A stretch of 64,000 nt of DNA from Alphaproteobacteria bacterium (GTDB lineage Bacteria > Pseudomonadota > Alphaproteobacteria > UBA828), in the NCBI GenBank assembly GCA_965214705.1, contig CBDCCI010000002.1, positions 1,440,001-1,504,000 on the forward strand. The letters run 5' to 3'. The first letter of the stretch is position 1; every line of letters begins with the position of its first letter. The notes beneath the pieces were generated by a model. It worked only from the letters and a program-made list of their open reading frames with translations. It was not told the origin of the DNA and searched no databases. The position numbers and the translations under genes are program-made. This document shows positions 9,676 through 19,002 of this stretch, piece after piece.

Positions 9676-10962
9676 ATGCCTCGATACCTGAAGACCGGCA
9701 TCAGCGATGCCGAGGCGGCGGCGGACGAGAAGGTCCGCCGCGTCGTGGAGGACGCGTTGAACGACATCGCCCGGCGGGGCGATGCGGCGGTGCGCGACAT
9801 GTCGACCAAGTTCGACAGCTGGGAGCGCGAGGATTTCCGGCTGAGCGCGGGCGAGATCGACGCCTGCCTCGCCCGCCTCACGGGGCAGGACCGAGACGAC
9901 ATCCTGTTCGCGCAGGAGCAGATCCGGAACTTCGCGCAGGTCCAGCGCGACGCGCTGCAGGACGTCGAGGTGGAGACCCTGCCCGGCGTGGTGCTCGGCC
10001 ACAAGAACATCCCCGTGAACGCGGTCGGCTGCTACGTGCCCGGCGGCAAGTATCCGCTGCTGGCGTCCGCCCACATGTCGGTGGTGACGGCGAAGGTGGC
10101 GGGGGTCGAGCGCATCGCCACCTGCGCGCCACCCTTCGAAGGCGGGCCTGCGCCCGCAATCGTTGCCGCCCAGCATCTCGCGGGCGCCGACGAGATCTAC
10201 GTCATCGGCGGCATCCAGGCGGTGGGCGCGATGGCGCTGGGGACCGGCAGCATCGCGCCGGTCGACATGCTGGTCGGCCCCGGCAACGCCTTCGTGGCGG
10301 AGGCCAAGCGCCAGCTCTTCGGCCGGGTCGGGATCGACCTGCTGGCGGGTCCGACCGAGACCCTGGTGATCGCCGACGAGAGCGTGGACGGCGAACTCTG
10401 CGCCGCCGACCTTCTCGGCCAGGCCGAGCACGGCCCCACCTCGCCGGCGACGCTGCTGACCAGCTCCGAGAGGCTCGCGCGCGAGACCATGGCAGAGGTC
10501 GAGCGCCAGCTCGCCGTCCTGCCGACGGCCGGGATCGCGGGCCAGGCCTGGCGCGACTACGGCCAGGTGATCGTCTGCGACACGCCTGACGAGATGGTGG
10601 CGGTGGCGGACGAGATCGCCGCCGAGCACGTGCAGGTGATGACCGAGGACTCGGACTGGTTCCTCGAGCGCATGATCAACTACGGCGCGCTCTTCCTCGG
10701 CCCCCGCACCAACGTCTCCTACGGCGACAAGGTGATCGGCACCAACCACACCCTGCCGACGCGCCGGGCCGCGCGTTACACCGGCGGCCTCTGGGTCGGC
10801 ATGTTCCTCAAGACCTGCACCTACCAGCGGGTGCTGACCGACGAGGCCTCGACCATTGTGGGCGAATACTGTTCGCGCCTCTGCGCCCTCGAAGGCTTTG
10901 CCGGGCACAAGGAGCAGGCGGACATCCGCGTGCGCCGTTACGGGGCGAAGAACCTTACTTGA
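9676..10962 (+). CDS. Histidinol dehydrogenase-like protein (HpsN/sulfopropanediol dehydrogenase-type paralog)
   Basis: [52 protein letters not shown]. No his genes nearby. Confidence 0.85.
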   Translation: MPRYLKTGISDAEAAADEKVRRVVEDALNDIARRGDAAVRDMSTKFDSWEREDFRLSAGEIDACLARLTGQDRDDILFAQEQIRNFAQVQRDALQDVEVETLPGVVLGHKNIPVNAVGCYVPGGKYPLLASAHMSVVTAKVAGVERIATCAPPFEGGPAPAIVAAQHLAGADEIYVIGGIQAVGAMALGTGSIAPVDMLVGPGNAFVAEAKRQLFGRVGIDLLAGPTETLVIADESVDGELCAADLLGQAEHGPTSPATLLTSSERLARETMAEVERQLAVLPTAGIAGQAWRDYGQVIVCDTPDEMVAVADEIAAEHVQVMTEDSDWFLERMINYGALFLGPRTNVSYGDKVIGTNHTLPTRRAARYTGGLWVGMFLKTCTYQRVLTDEASTIVGEYCSRLCALEGFAGHKEQADIRVRRYGAKNLT

Positions 10963-11226
10963 TGCTGGTCTGGATTGTTGATCGGCGCGCCGATTCGACG
11001 CCGTGCAACAGTCTGGAATGGGCCGGAGTTTGATTCTTGGTGCTCATTTAGTGAATATTCTTGCGAATTTGGTGTCGCACTCACACTCTAGAGCGCCTCT
11101 AAGCTATTGATGTGAAAAGAATAGACACGTTCCCGCCTCGAAATCTGCTTGTGGTGAGAAATGCGGGCTAGTCCTCACGCCCGCGCGGGATTCGACGTTG
11201 GGCCTTGCAGTGCTACCCGGTAGCCG

Positions 11227-12741
11227 TCACGGCACCATTGGCCCGGCCCACCGATTGAGGCCAACGTCGTCGTCCGCAACACGCAAGTGCATCTCGCGCC
11301 AATATGGCAGCAGCCTGTCGGCGCCTTCGGCCACCCGGGCGAGATCCTGCCGGAACCCGGCAGAGAGGTGACGCACTTCCTCCTTGACCCACTCCTCGTC
11401 GACCGTGAGCACCTTCCCGTTCTCAACGACAACCTCGCCGCCCACCATCGTGAGGACGACGGACGAGCCGTTCTCGCTGTAAATTAGTTGCCGTCGCAAG
11501 TCGTTGAGCGGCGTAAAGGCCGTTGTGTTGAGGTTCAGTAGAATCAGATCGGCTTGGTAGCCTGGTGCTAGCATTCCGAGCTCGTTCTGGAGGCACATCC
11601 CGCGGGCCCCGCCACGAGTCAATGACCACAGAAGCTCGGATGCCTTGGGCCACTTCAGCCAATCCGGCTCCGAAATTCTGTGCATCACACCGGCGGTTTT
11701 TGCTACACCCCAGAGATTGAAGGTGCCATCCACCGCCATGTCATCTATTCCGAGGCCAATGGGAATTCCTCTTTCCCAAAGGCGCCGATAAGGCATGACA
11801 CCGCTACCGATCCACAGGTTGCTTACGGGATTGTGAACCACCGAGCAGCCGCAGTCGGCGATGGCATCAATGTCGTGTTCATCCGCCCAGATGGCGTGAA
11901 TGATCATGACATGTTCGTCCAGGCATCCGAGCTCCTTCGCATATTGGAAGAACGACTTTCCATGTTTATGGAGTGCCAGAACCCTTTGGTACTTCTGTTC
12001 GCCGATATGCATGTCAAACGCCAATCCATGCTTCCGGCTCAAACGAGAAAGCGCCTTGAAGTAATCGGGAGTTACGCGTTCCGGGGTAGATATCGACACC
12101 GCGGCACGCAAGCGACCGCCTCCGGCGCCGTGCCACCGCTCGATATAGCGATCGTACAGTCCTAACAGGTGGTCCGGCGAGATTGCCGCGGCAGACTCGT
12201 CCATTCGCTGCCGAATCTCGTTGGGCAGCATGTCCTTTACGTACGGATACTTCTCGTATTCCGGAACGATGGGATAGGCGATCGTCGCCGTTGCACGCAT
12301 TCCGGAGTCCAGATAGGCCTGCATGGTTCCGTCAATTGAAGCCTCCGTCGGTACCGGCGCGTAATGCGGGTCGTCGTGAACGGCCGTGATGCCGTTCTTC
12401 AGCATTTCGATGGCGCCCCAAAGTGCTCGTACGTAATGGAGATGCCGGTCCGGCGGCTCTGAGCTTCCGTACCCGTAAAGCATGAGCACGGAGAGCGGTA
12501 CGTCCAGATCCACACCGCGCATCAGATTGCTTCCGGAGTGGAGATGTCCGTTGACAAGGCCCGGCATGGCGAGGAGCCCTTCGGCATCGATCACACGCAG
12601 ATCGCGCTCGCTAGCGGAAGGACGGATATCGGGTTCAAGTGCCTCGATCTTCGTCCCGCGGACAAGAATATCGGCCCGTTCAAACTCGGTGTCGTGGTCA
12701 TCCATTGTGAGCACGCGCGCATTCTTGATGAGTACCGCCAT
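11227..12741 (-). CDS. Metal-dependent amidohydrolase (SsnA/MtaD/AtzA-like deaminase group)
   Basis: PGLVNGHLH, MHIGE, HAIW, HNPVSN and GIDD metal/catalytic motifs. Confidence 0.88.
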   Translation of the reverse strand: MAVLIKNARVLTMDDHDTEFERADILVRGTKIEALEPDIRPSASERDLRVIDAEGLLAMPGLVNGHLHSGSNLMRGVDLDVPLSVLMLYGYGSSEPPDRHLHYVRALWGAIEMLKNGITAVHDDPHYAPVPTEASIDGTMQAYLDSGMRATATIAYPIVPEYEKYPYVKDMLPNEIRQRMDESAAAISPDHLLGLYDRYIERWHGAGGGRLRAAVSISTPERVTPDYFKALSRLSRKHGLAFDMHIGEQKYQRVLALHKHGKSFFQYAKELGCLDEHVMIIHAIWADEHDIDAIADCGCSVVHNPVSNLWIGSGVMPYRRLWERGIPIGLGIDDMAVDGTFNLWGVAKTAGVMHRISEPDWLKWPKASELLWSLTRGGARGMCLQNELGMLAPGYQADLILLNLNTTAFTPLNDLRRQLIYSENGSSVVLTMVGGEVVVENGKVLTVDEEWVKEEVRHLSAGFRQDLARVAEGADRLLPYWREMHLRVADDDVGLNRWAGPMVP

Positions 12742-13003
12742 GGCGTCGTCTCCCCTTCGACCGAGCCCGAATCGAGGCTATCACGAATGTTGCCGGGATA
12801 ATCTGCACATCATGCCGGGCGGCCCGCCGCGAGATTTCCGGGTCGAGATCGGACGCTGAGCGATGGGAGACGGTGCGCACCTGATGACCGACGAGAGCGG
12901 AATACCCGGCTCGAATAAAGGGCGGCGAATTGCGTAGGCGCTTCACCCCAACTCACTGTAGAGTCGCACGCTTGAAGCCGTTCGACCGTGCTGGAGCGCA
13001 GTC

Positions 13004-14050
13004 ATGGGCAGGACGGGTGCCGAGCCGCAACGATGGGACGCGACAAGTCCCGCCCGGTCCGGAGATGCCGTCCTTTCGGTCGAGCGTCTGAGGACCTATT
13101 TCGACACGCCGGCCGGCGTGGTGAAGGCGGTGGACGACGTCTCCTTCAGCCTGAACCGGGGGGATATTCTCGCCATCGTCGGCGAGTCCGGCTCGGGCAA
13201 GAGCGTTACCGCCCAGTCGATCATGAAGCTGGTCGCCATGCCGCCTGGCCGATACGCAAGCGGCCAGGTAGTCCTGGACGGGATCGATCTCCTGTCGCAG
13301 AGCGAAAGGGCGCTCGGCGCGATACGCGGCAAGCGCATTTCGATGATTTTTCAGAACCCGCGTGCCGCGCTCAACCCTGCCTTCACCGTCTCGACGCTGA
13401 TGGTGGAGACGCTGCGCCGCCACGATTCTTCGCTCTCGAGAGCGGAGGCGGTCAAGCGCGCTGCGGCCCTGTTACGTGCTGTCGACTTTCCCGATCCCGA
13501 GCGCGTTGCCGCCAGCTATCCCCACCAGATGAGCGGCGGCATGTGCCAGCGGGTAGGTGTGGCGCTGAGCATGGCCTGCGAGCCGGAAGTGCTCATCGCC
13601 GACGAGCCGACGACCGCCCTCGACGTTCTGGTGCAGGCGACGATTCTTCTTCTCCTGAAGCGCGCGCATGCGGAGCGCGGACTCTCGATCATTCTGATCA
13701 CCCACGACTTCGGCGTCCTGCGGGCGCTGGCCACCCGGGTCATCGTCATGTACGCGGGGCAGATACAGGAGCAAGGCCAGGTCGACGACGTTCTCGCCAA
13801 TCCGCAGCACCCTTACACGAAAGCGCTGATCCAGGCGGTGCCTGATCCGGATAGCACCGACCAACGGCTTCACCAGATCGAGGGCCAGCCGCCCGATCTG
13901 CTGAACCTGCCCGCCGGCTGCAGCTTCGCCGATCGCTGCGCCTTCGTCATGCCCAAGTGTCGGAGCGAGCGCCCGGAACTCTACGAGGCCGCTGCGGGGA
14001 CCGACGTTCGCTGTCACTTGTTCGGGCCGGAAGCGAGCGCGCACCAGTGA
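13004..14050 (+). CDS. Peptide/nickel ABC transporter ATP-binding protein (DppD/OppD-like)
   Basis: GESGSGKS, MSGGMCQR, IADEPTTALD, C-terminal Cys cluster. Confidence 0.93.
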   Translation: MGRTGAEPQRWDATSPARSGDAVLSVERLRTYFDTPAGVVKAVDDVSFSLNRGDILAIVGESGSGKSVTAQSIMKLVAMPPGRYASGQVVLDGIDLLSQSERALGAIRGKRISMIFQNPRAALNPAFTVSTLMVETLRRHDSSLSRAEAVKRAAALLRAVDFPDPERVAASYPHQMSGGMCQRVGVALSMACEPEVLIADEPTTALDVLVQATILLLLKRAHAERGLSIILITHDFGVLRALATRVIVMYAGQIQEQGQVDDVLANPQHPYTKALIQAVPDPDSTDQRLHQIEGQPPDLLNLPAGCSFADRCAFVMPKCRSERPELYEAAAGTDVRCHLFGPEASAHQ

Positions 14051-15156
14051 GCGAGCCCCTCATCAAGGTGCGCGGCCTGCGCAAGGCCTTCCCCGTGCGA
14101 GAGGGAACGGTTCTGCGCAAGAAGGTCGGCGAGATCGTGGCAGTGGACGACATCAGCTTCGATGTCTTCGAGGGCGAGACTCTGGGCTGTGTCGGCGGCT
14201 CGGGTTCTGGGAAGTCCACTCTAGGGAGGCTGATTCTCAACCTGATCCGCGCCGATGTGGGAAGCGTCCAATTCGGCGATGCCGATCTGGTTAGTCTCTC
14301 CCCGGCCGAGATGCGGCCGTACCGCAAGGATCTGCAGATCGTCTTCCAGGACCCCCTGCACACGCTCAACCCGCGGCGCACGGTTGCGGAGAACGTCACG
14401 CGCTCGATGCTCAACTTCGATATCCCGCGCCAGGAGGCCAGGGAGCGGGTCCAGTACCTCTTCGACATCGTCGGCCTCAACCCGGCGCACACCAATCGCT
14501 ACCCGCACGAGTTCAGCGGGGGGCAGTGTCAGCGCATCGGCATCGCCCGCGCGCTGGCTCTTGAGCCGCGCTTTCTCTTTCTGGACGAGCCGGTCTCGGC
14601 GCTCGATGTCTCAATTCAGGGGCAGATCCTCAATCTGTTGAAGGAGCTGCAAGAGACCCTTCAGCTGACTTATCTCTTCGTTTCTCACGACCTGAAGCTC
14701 GTGAAGAATTTCTCCGACCGCATTCTCGTTCTCTATCACGGCCGCGCCGTCGAAATCGGCGGCAGCGACGAGGTCTATCATCAGCCGAAGCATCCCTACA
14801 CCAGGACGCTCCTCGATGCGGTGCTGGGCCTCAAGAAGGACGACGCCTGGGAGAGGGTTGCAAGCCAAACTGGCGTGCTTGCCGATGACGAAGACCTTGA
14901 GAGCGCCATGCGCGCCTCTGCGGCGGCAAGAACCGGCTGCATCTATTCCGGCACCTGCACGGAGCGCTTCGAACCGTGTGCCACGCAGATGCCTGAGCTG
15001 CAGGAACTTGAGGCGGGCCATGCCGTGGCCTGCCATCTTTACGAGGGCTCAAAGAAAGACTGGAACGCGTCGGCGGCCGCCGGGGACGCACGACGTGAAC
15101 GCGAACACGCTCTCCGGCAGGCGCGCGAGGAGAATGCGCGCCAACTCATGACATAA
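14047..15156 (+). CDS. Peptide ABC transporter ATP-binding protein (DppF/OppF-like)
   Basis: GGSGSGKS, FSGGQCQR, LDEPVSALD. GTG at 14047 overlaps the upstream stop. Confidence 0.92.
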   Translation: MSEPLIKVRGLRKAFPVREGTVLRKKVGEIVAVDDISFDVFEGETLGCVGGSGSGKSTLGRLILNLIRADVGSVQFGDADLVSLSPAEMRPYRKDLQIVFQDPLHTLNPRRTVAENVTRSMLNFDIPRQEARERVQYLFDIVGLNPAHTNRYPHEFSGGQCQRIGIARALALEPRFLFLDEPVSALDVSIQGQILNLLKELQETLQLTYLFVSHDLKLVKNFSDRILVLYHGRAVEIGGSDEVYHQPKHPYTRTLLDAVLGLKKDDAWERVASQTGVLADDEDLESAMRASAAARTGCIYSGTCTERFEPCATQMPELQELEAGHAVACHLYEGSKKDWNASAAAGDARREREHALRQAREENARQLMT

Positions 15157-15171
15157 AGGGAGGATAGCATC

Positions 15172-16815
15172 ATGAGAGGGTGGCTAAAGGGAATAGGCCG
15201 GGTGAGCCCGACGTGGCTGTGTCGCCACGCCGTGGGCTTCCTTGCCCTGGTGGCGCTTGCCGCCGGTTCGCTGTTCGCGGCGGACCAACCGGCGCAGGCG
15301 CAGGACAAGACCATCGTTCTTGCCGTGGAAGGCGAGCCCAGTCGTCTCGATCCCCATACACATGTGTTGTGGCTCACCTATCGCGAAACGTTCCACATTT
15401 ACGAAAGCTTCGTGCAGCAAGACCTGACCATCAAGGACGTCGATCGTCCGCCGGTCATTCCCGCTCTTGCCACGAGTTGGGATATCTCCGAGGACAAGCT
15501 GCAATACACGTTCCATCTGCGTGAGGGTGTGACGTTCCACGATGGAACGCCGTGGAACGCCGATGTTGCGAAGTTCAACTTCGATCGGGTCCTCGACAAG
15601 GACTTCGAGCACTTCTACCCGCTGGCCAACGCCTTCAACGGCTGGTGGCACGGCGATATCGAGAGCTACGAAGTCGTCGACGAGTACACGTTCCGGGTCA
15701 ACATGAAGCAGCCGAATTCCGAGTTCATCCGGCGGCTCTCGCAGGGCGGTTTCGGCTCCTCGGGCATGATCAGTCCCAAGGTCGTGGAGACCCACGGCAA
15801 CGAGGAGGCGCATCTGCACGGCATCGGTACCGGCCCGTTCAAGCTGACGGAGCGTGTCTTCGGCGAAAAGATCGTGATGGAGCGCAACGCCGACTATTGG
15901 GACCCCAATCGGATTCCCAGGGTCGGCAGGCTCATCATTCGCGGCATCCCCGATGTCGCGACCCGCGAGCTTGCGCTTCTCACCGGCGAGGTCGATATCA
16001 TTGCCACGCCGTCTCCAGACTCGACGGACTTTCTCGCGTCGCAGGGCATGGTCGTCGACATGGCGCCGATCACGACGATCTACAACCTGTGGGTCAACAC
16101 GCGTCTGAAGCCGCTCGACGACCCACGCGTCCGGCGGGCGCTCTACATGGCGATCGACCGCGAGGGTCTGTGCAAGTATCTGAGGCGCGGCCAGTGCTCG
16201 CCCGCCTACAGCATCTTGAACTATGGCGGGCCGGGCCACGATCCCGACTACCAGCCCTTCCCCTACGACCCGGCTAGGGCGAAGGAGCTGCTGGCGGAGG
16301 CCGGCTATCCGGACGGCTTCGATGTGCGCGTCGATTGGACGCCGGGCGGTGCCGGCGACGTCAACACCGTGGCCGATGCCGAATGGATCCAGCGCGATTG
16401 GGCCCGTATCGGCGTCAATCTGAGCATCGAGCTTTTCGAGATCAGCACCTACATGGACACGATGTCCCAGGGCATGCGTGAGGGCACCGGCTTCATGCAG
16501 CTCTCCTGGGGTGAGAGCGCGTTCCATTGGCTCGACGCCGTCATCTCGCCGGCGGCCTTGCCGCCCAACGGCTTCAATGCCGGGTATTACGACAACCCGA
16601 GGATCGGTGAGCTGCTTTCCATGGCGCGGGCTGCGCTGACCGAAGAAGAGATGGTGGCCCACCTCAGGGAGATCCAACGGATCGTCATCGAGGAAGACAC
16701 GGCCTTCATTCCCACCCACAGCCCGTGGGGAGTCTACGCCATGCGGCCCAATCTCAAGGGCTTCGTGCTTGCGCCGCAGCACTGGCACGACATGGCGATC
16801 GTCGACAAAGAGTAA
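15172..16815 (+). CDS. Peptide-type ABC transporter substrate-binding protein (family 5)
   Basis: Signal peptide, LATSWDIS...YTFHLREGVTFHDG, GTGPFK motifs. Confidence 0.93.
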   Translation: MRGWLKGIGRVSPTWLCRHAVGFLALVALAAGSLFAADQPAQAQDKTIVLAVEGEPSRLDPHTHVLWLTYRETFHIYESFVQQDLTIKDVDRPPVIPALATSWDISEDKLQYTFHLREGVTFHDGTPWNADVAKFNFDRVLDKDFEHFYPLANAFNGWWHGDIESYEVVDEYTFRVNMKQPNSEFIRRLSQGGFGSSGMISPKVVETHGNEEAHLHGIGTGPFKLTERVFGEKIVMERNADYWDPNRIPRVGRLIIRGIPDVATRELALLTGEVDIIATPSPDSTDFLASQGMVVDMAPITTIYNLWVNTRLKPLDDPRVRRALYMAIDREGLCKYLRRGQCSPAYSILNYGGPGHDPDYQPFPYDPARAKELLAEAGYPDGFDVRVDWTPGGAGDVNTVADAEWIQRDWARIGVNLSIELFEISTYMDTMSQGMREGTGFMQLSWGESAFHWLDAVISPAALPPNGFNAGYYDNPRIGELLSMARAALTEEEMVAHLREIQRIVIEEDTAFIPTHSPWGVYAMRPNLKGFVLAPQHWHDMAIVDKE

Positions 16816-16885
16816 ACAATAAGGTGGGGCGGTCTCGCCGGCGACTTCCTGCCGGCGGGGCCGCTACTGCCCCTCCGAGCCGACC

Positions 16886-17830
16886 ATGCTCAGATTCATT
16901 ATCTGGCGCTTGATTCACGTGGTGCCGGTTCTACTCGGCGTTTCTTTCGTCGTTTTCAGCATTCTCTATCTCATTCCGGGCGACATCGCGACCACGCTGC
17001 TCTCGATGTTCTACACCGAGGAGCGCGCGGCCATGCTGCGCGAGCAGCTCGGCCTGGACAGGCCGATGTTCGTCCAATACGGCCGCTGGCTCTGGGCCGC
17101 GTTGCACGGCGATCTCGGCCAGTCGCTCATGATGCGGATGCCGGTGATGACCGTGCTGCTGGACAAGACCGGCAACTCGCTCATTCTGACCGGTGCAAGT
17201 CTGCTCATCGTCATTCCGGTGAGCTTCCTGATGGGCACCGCGTCTGCGGCCCGTTTTCGCAAGCCCTTCGACCGCTTTACCGTCTTCTTCTCGCTGCTGC
17301 TCGCGAGCATGCCGGTCTTCTGGCTCGGAATTGCGCTGCTCTACCTGTTCGGCGTGCGGATACCGCTCTTCCCCATGTCGGGCATGTACAACATGGCGAA
17401 TCCAGGCGGGATCCTGGACCTGCTTCATCACCTCTTCCTGCCGGCGGTGACCACGGCAGCCACCTCGGTCGCCATCGTGACGCGGGTCACCCGAGGCGCC
17501 ATGCTCGATACGTTGAGCCAGCCCTACATCCTGGCGGCACGGTCGCGCGGATTGCCGGGGTCACGGGTGATCTATCGCCACGGCGTGCGCAATATTTTGC
17601 CGACTTTCTCCAACATGATCGGCCTGCAAATCGGCTATCTCTTCGGCAGCGCCATCTTTTCGGAAATCATCTTCAACTGGCCCGGAATCGGCCTGCAGCT
17701 TTACCAGTCGATCCTGCATCGCGATCTGACAATGGTGCAGGGCTGCGTGCTGGCCGTCGCCATCATATTCGTCCTGGGCAATATGTTGGCCGACATCATC
17801 GTCTACGCCCTCGACACCACCCGGAAGTAG
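16886..17830 (+). CDS. Peptide ABC transporter permease (DppB-like)
   Basis: LGLDRP..VQYGRWL and YILAARSRGL loop. Confidence 0.93.
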   Translation: MLRFIIWRLIHVVPVLLGVSFVVFSILYLIPGDIATTLLSMFYTEERAAMLREQLGLDRPMFVQYGRWLWAALHGDLGQSLMMRMPVMTVLLDKTGNSLILTGASLLIVIPVSFLMGTASAARFRKPFDRFTVFFSLLLASMPVFWLGIALLYLFGVRIPLFPMSGMYNMANPGGILDLLHHLFLPAVTTAATSVAIVTRVTRGAMLDTLSQPYILAARSRGLPGSRVIYRHGVRNILPTFSNMIGLQIGYLFGSAIFSEIIFNWPGIGLQLYQSILHRDLTMVQGCVLAVAIIFVLGNMLADIIVYALDTTRK

Positions 17831-17845
17831 CGAGGGCGGCGTCGC

Positions 17846-18775
17846 ATGGCCACGGGCAGGATCAGGAGGAGCAGGGCATCGAAGCGCTCCCGACGCAGCG
17901 TGGAGACGGAGCGCGCGCGGTCGACGCTCTATTTCATCTGGCGCGGCATTCGTAACGATCCCTACGGGATGGCCGGTGCCCTGATCATCCTGGTTCTCGT
18001 CATTTGCGCGCTGTTCGCACCCTATATCGCACCCTACGACCCGCAGTATGCCGACCCGAGGCTGCGGCTGCGCGGTCCGGGAACCGAGGGTCACATCCTG
18101 GGCTTGGACCAGCAGGGGCGGGACATCCTCTCGCGCCTAATCTACGGCACCCGCTACTCGCTCATCGCCGGAGTCACGCCAGTCGTGCTCGGCGGCCTCA
18201 TTTCGATCCCCCTCGGTACCATTGCCGCGTACTATGAGCGTGTCGGCTATTTCATCATGCGCTCCATGGATGTGCTGTTCGCCTTTCCCATGGTGCTGCT
18301 GGCGATCACGCTCTCCTTCTTCATGGGGCCGGGGCTCGGCAATCTGATCATCGCCCTCGTCGTGGTCCTGATCCCCTACAACACGCGCGTCGTCTACGTG
18401 CAGGCGCTGGCGCAGAAGGAGCAGGGCTATATCGAAGCCGCCCGCGCCGATGCGACCAGCGATTTCAAGATTCTATTCGTCGAGATGCTGCCCCACGTCG
18501 TTTCCGCATCGGTCGTCTATTCCATGACCATCGTGGGGACGATCGTGGTGACGGCGGCGGGGTTGAGCTTCCTCGGCCTCGGCGTACAGCCGCCCACGCC
18601 TGAGTGGGGCATCATGACCAGCGACGGCCGCACCGTGCTGCACATCGCCCCCCACGTCTCGACCCTGCCGGGAGTGGCGATCTTTCTCATGGTCACGGGT
18701 TTCAACCTGCTCGGCGACAGCCTGCGCGACGCGCTCGACCCGAAGACACGGCTGGTTCGCGCCGGGGCACGATAG
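17846..18775 (+). CDS. Peptide ABC transporter permease (DppC-like)
   Basis: HILGLDQQGRDILSRL, LSFLGLGVQPPTPEWG, GDSLRDALDP. Confidence 0.93.
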   Translation: MATGRIRRSRASKRSRRSVETERARSTLYFIWRGIRNDPYGMAGALIILVLVICALFAPYIAPYDPQYADPRLRLRGPGTEGHILGLDQQGRDILSRLIYGTRYSLIAGVTPVVLGGLISIPLGTIAAYYERVGYFIMRSMDVLFAFPMVLLAITLSFFMGPGLGNLIIALVVVLIPYNTRVVYVQALAQKEQGYIEAARADATSDFKILFVEMLPHVVSASVVYSMTIVGTIVVTAAGLSFLGLGVQPPTPEWGIMTSDGRTVLHIAPHVSTLPGVAIFLMVTGFNLLGDSLRDALDPKTRLVRAGAR

Positions 18776-19002
18776 GGTGACGCGTCGCGGCGGATCGCCA
18801 TGAACCACGAGGACACGCTGCCATGACCAAGACACGATTGATGCCCAAGAATCACTGGGACTGGAGCATGCCCGTGCCGTTTTCGCAGGGGTGGAAGATC
18901 GACGACGTGATCTTCGTCGGCGGTCAGGTCTCCGCCGATGCCCAGGGCCGACCCGTCGGGGCCGGCGACATCGCGGTGCAGACGCGAAACACGTTCGAGT
19001 TC

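Noticed and set aside
9676-10962. Calling the gene hisD or hpsN outright
   Set aside because: Motifs favour a paralog and the context supports neither pathway, so the symbol was withheld.
18823-18834. Native Rid N-terminus MTKT resembles the IS leader MTKM
   Set aside because: A three-residue match with different codons, most likely coincidence.
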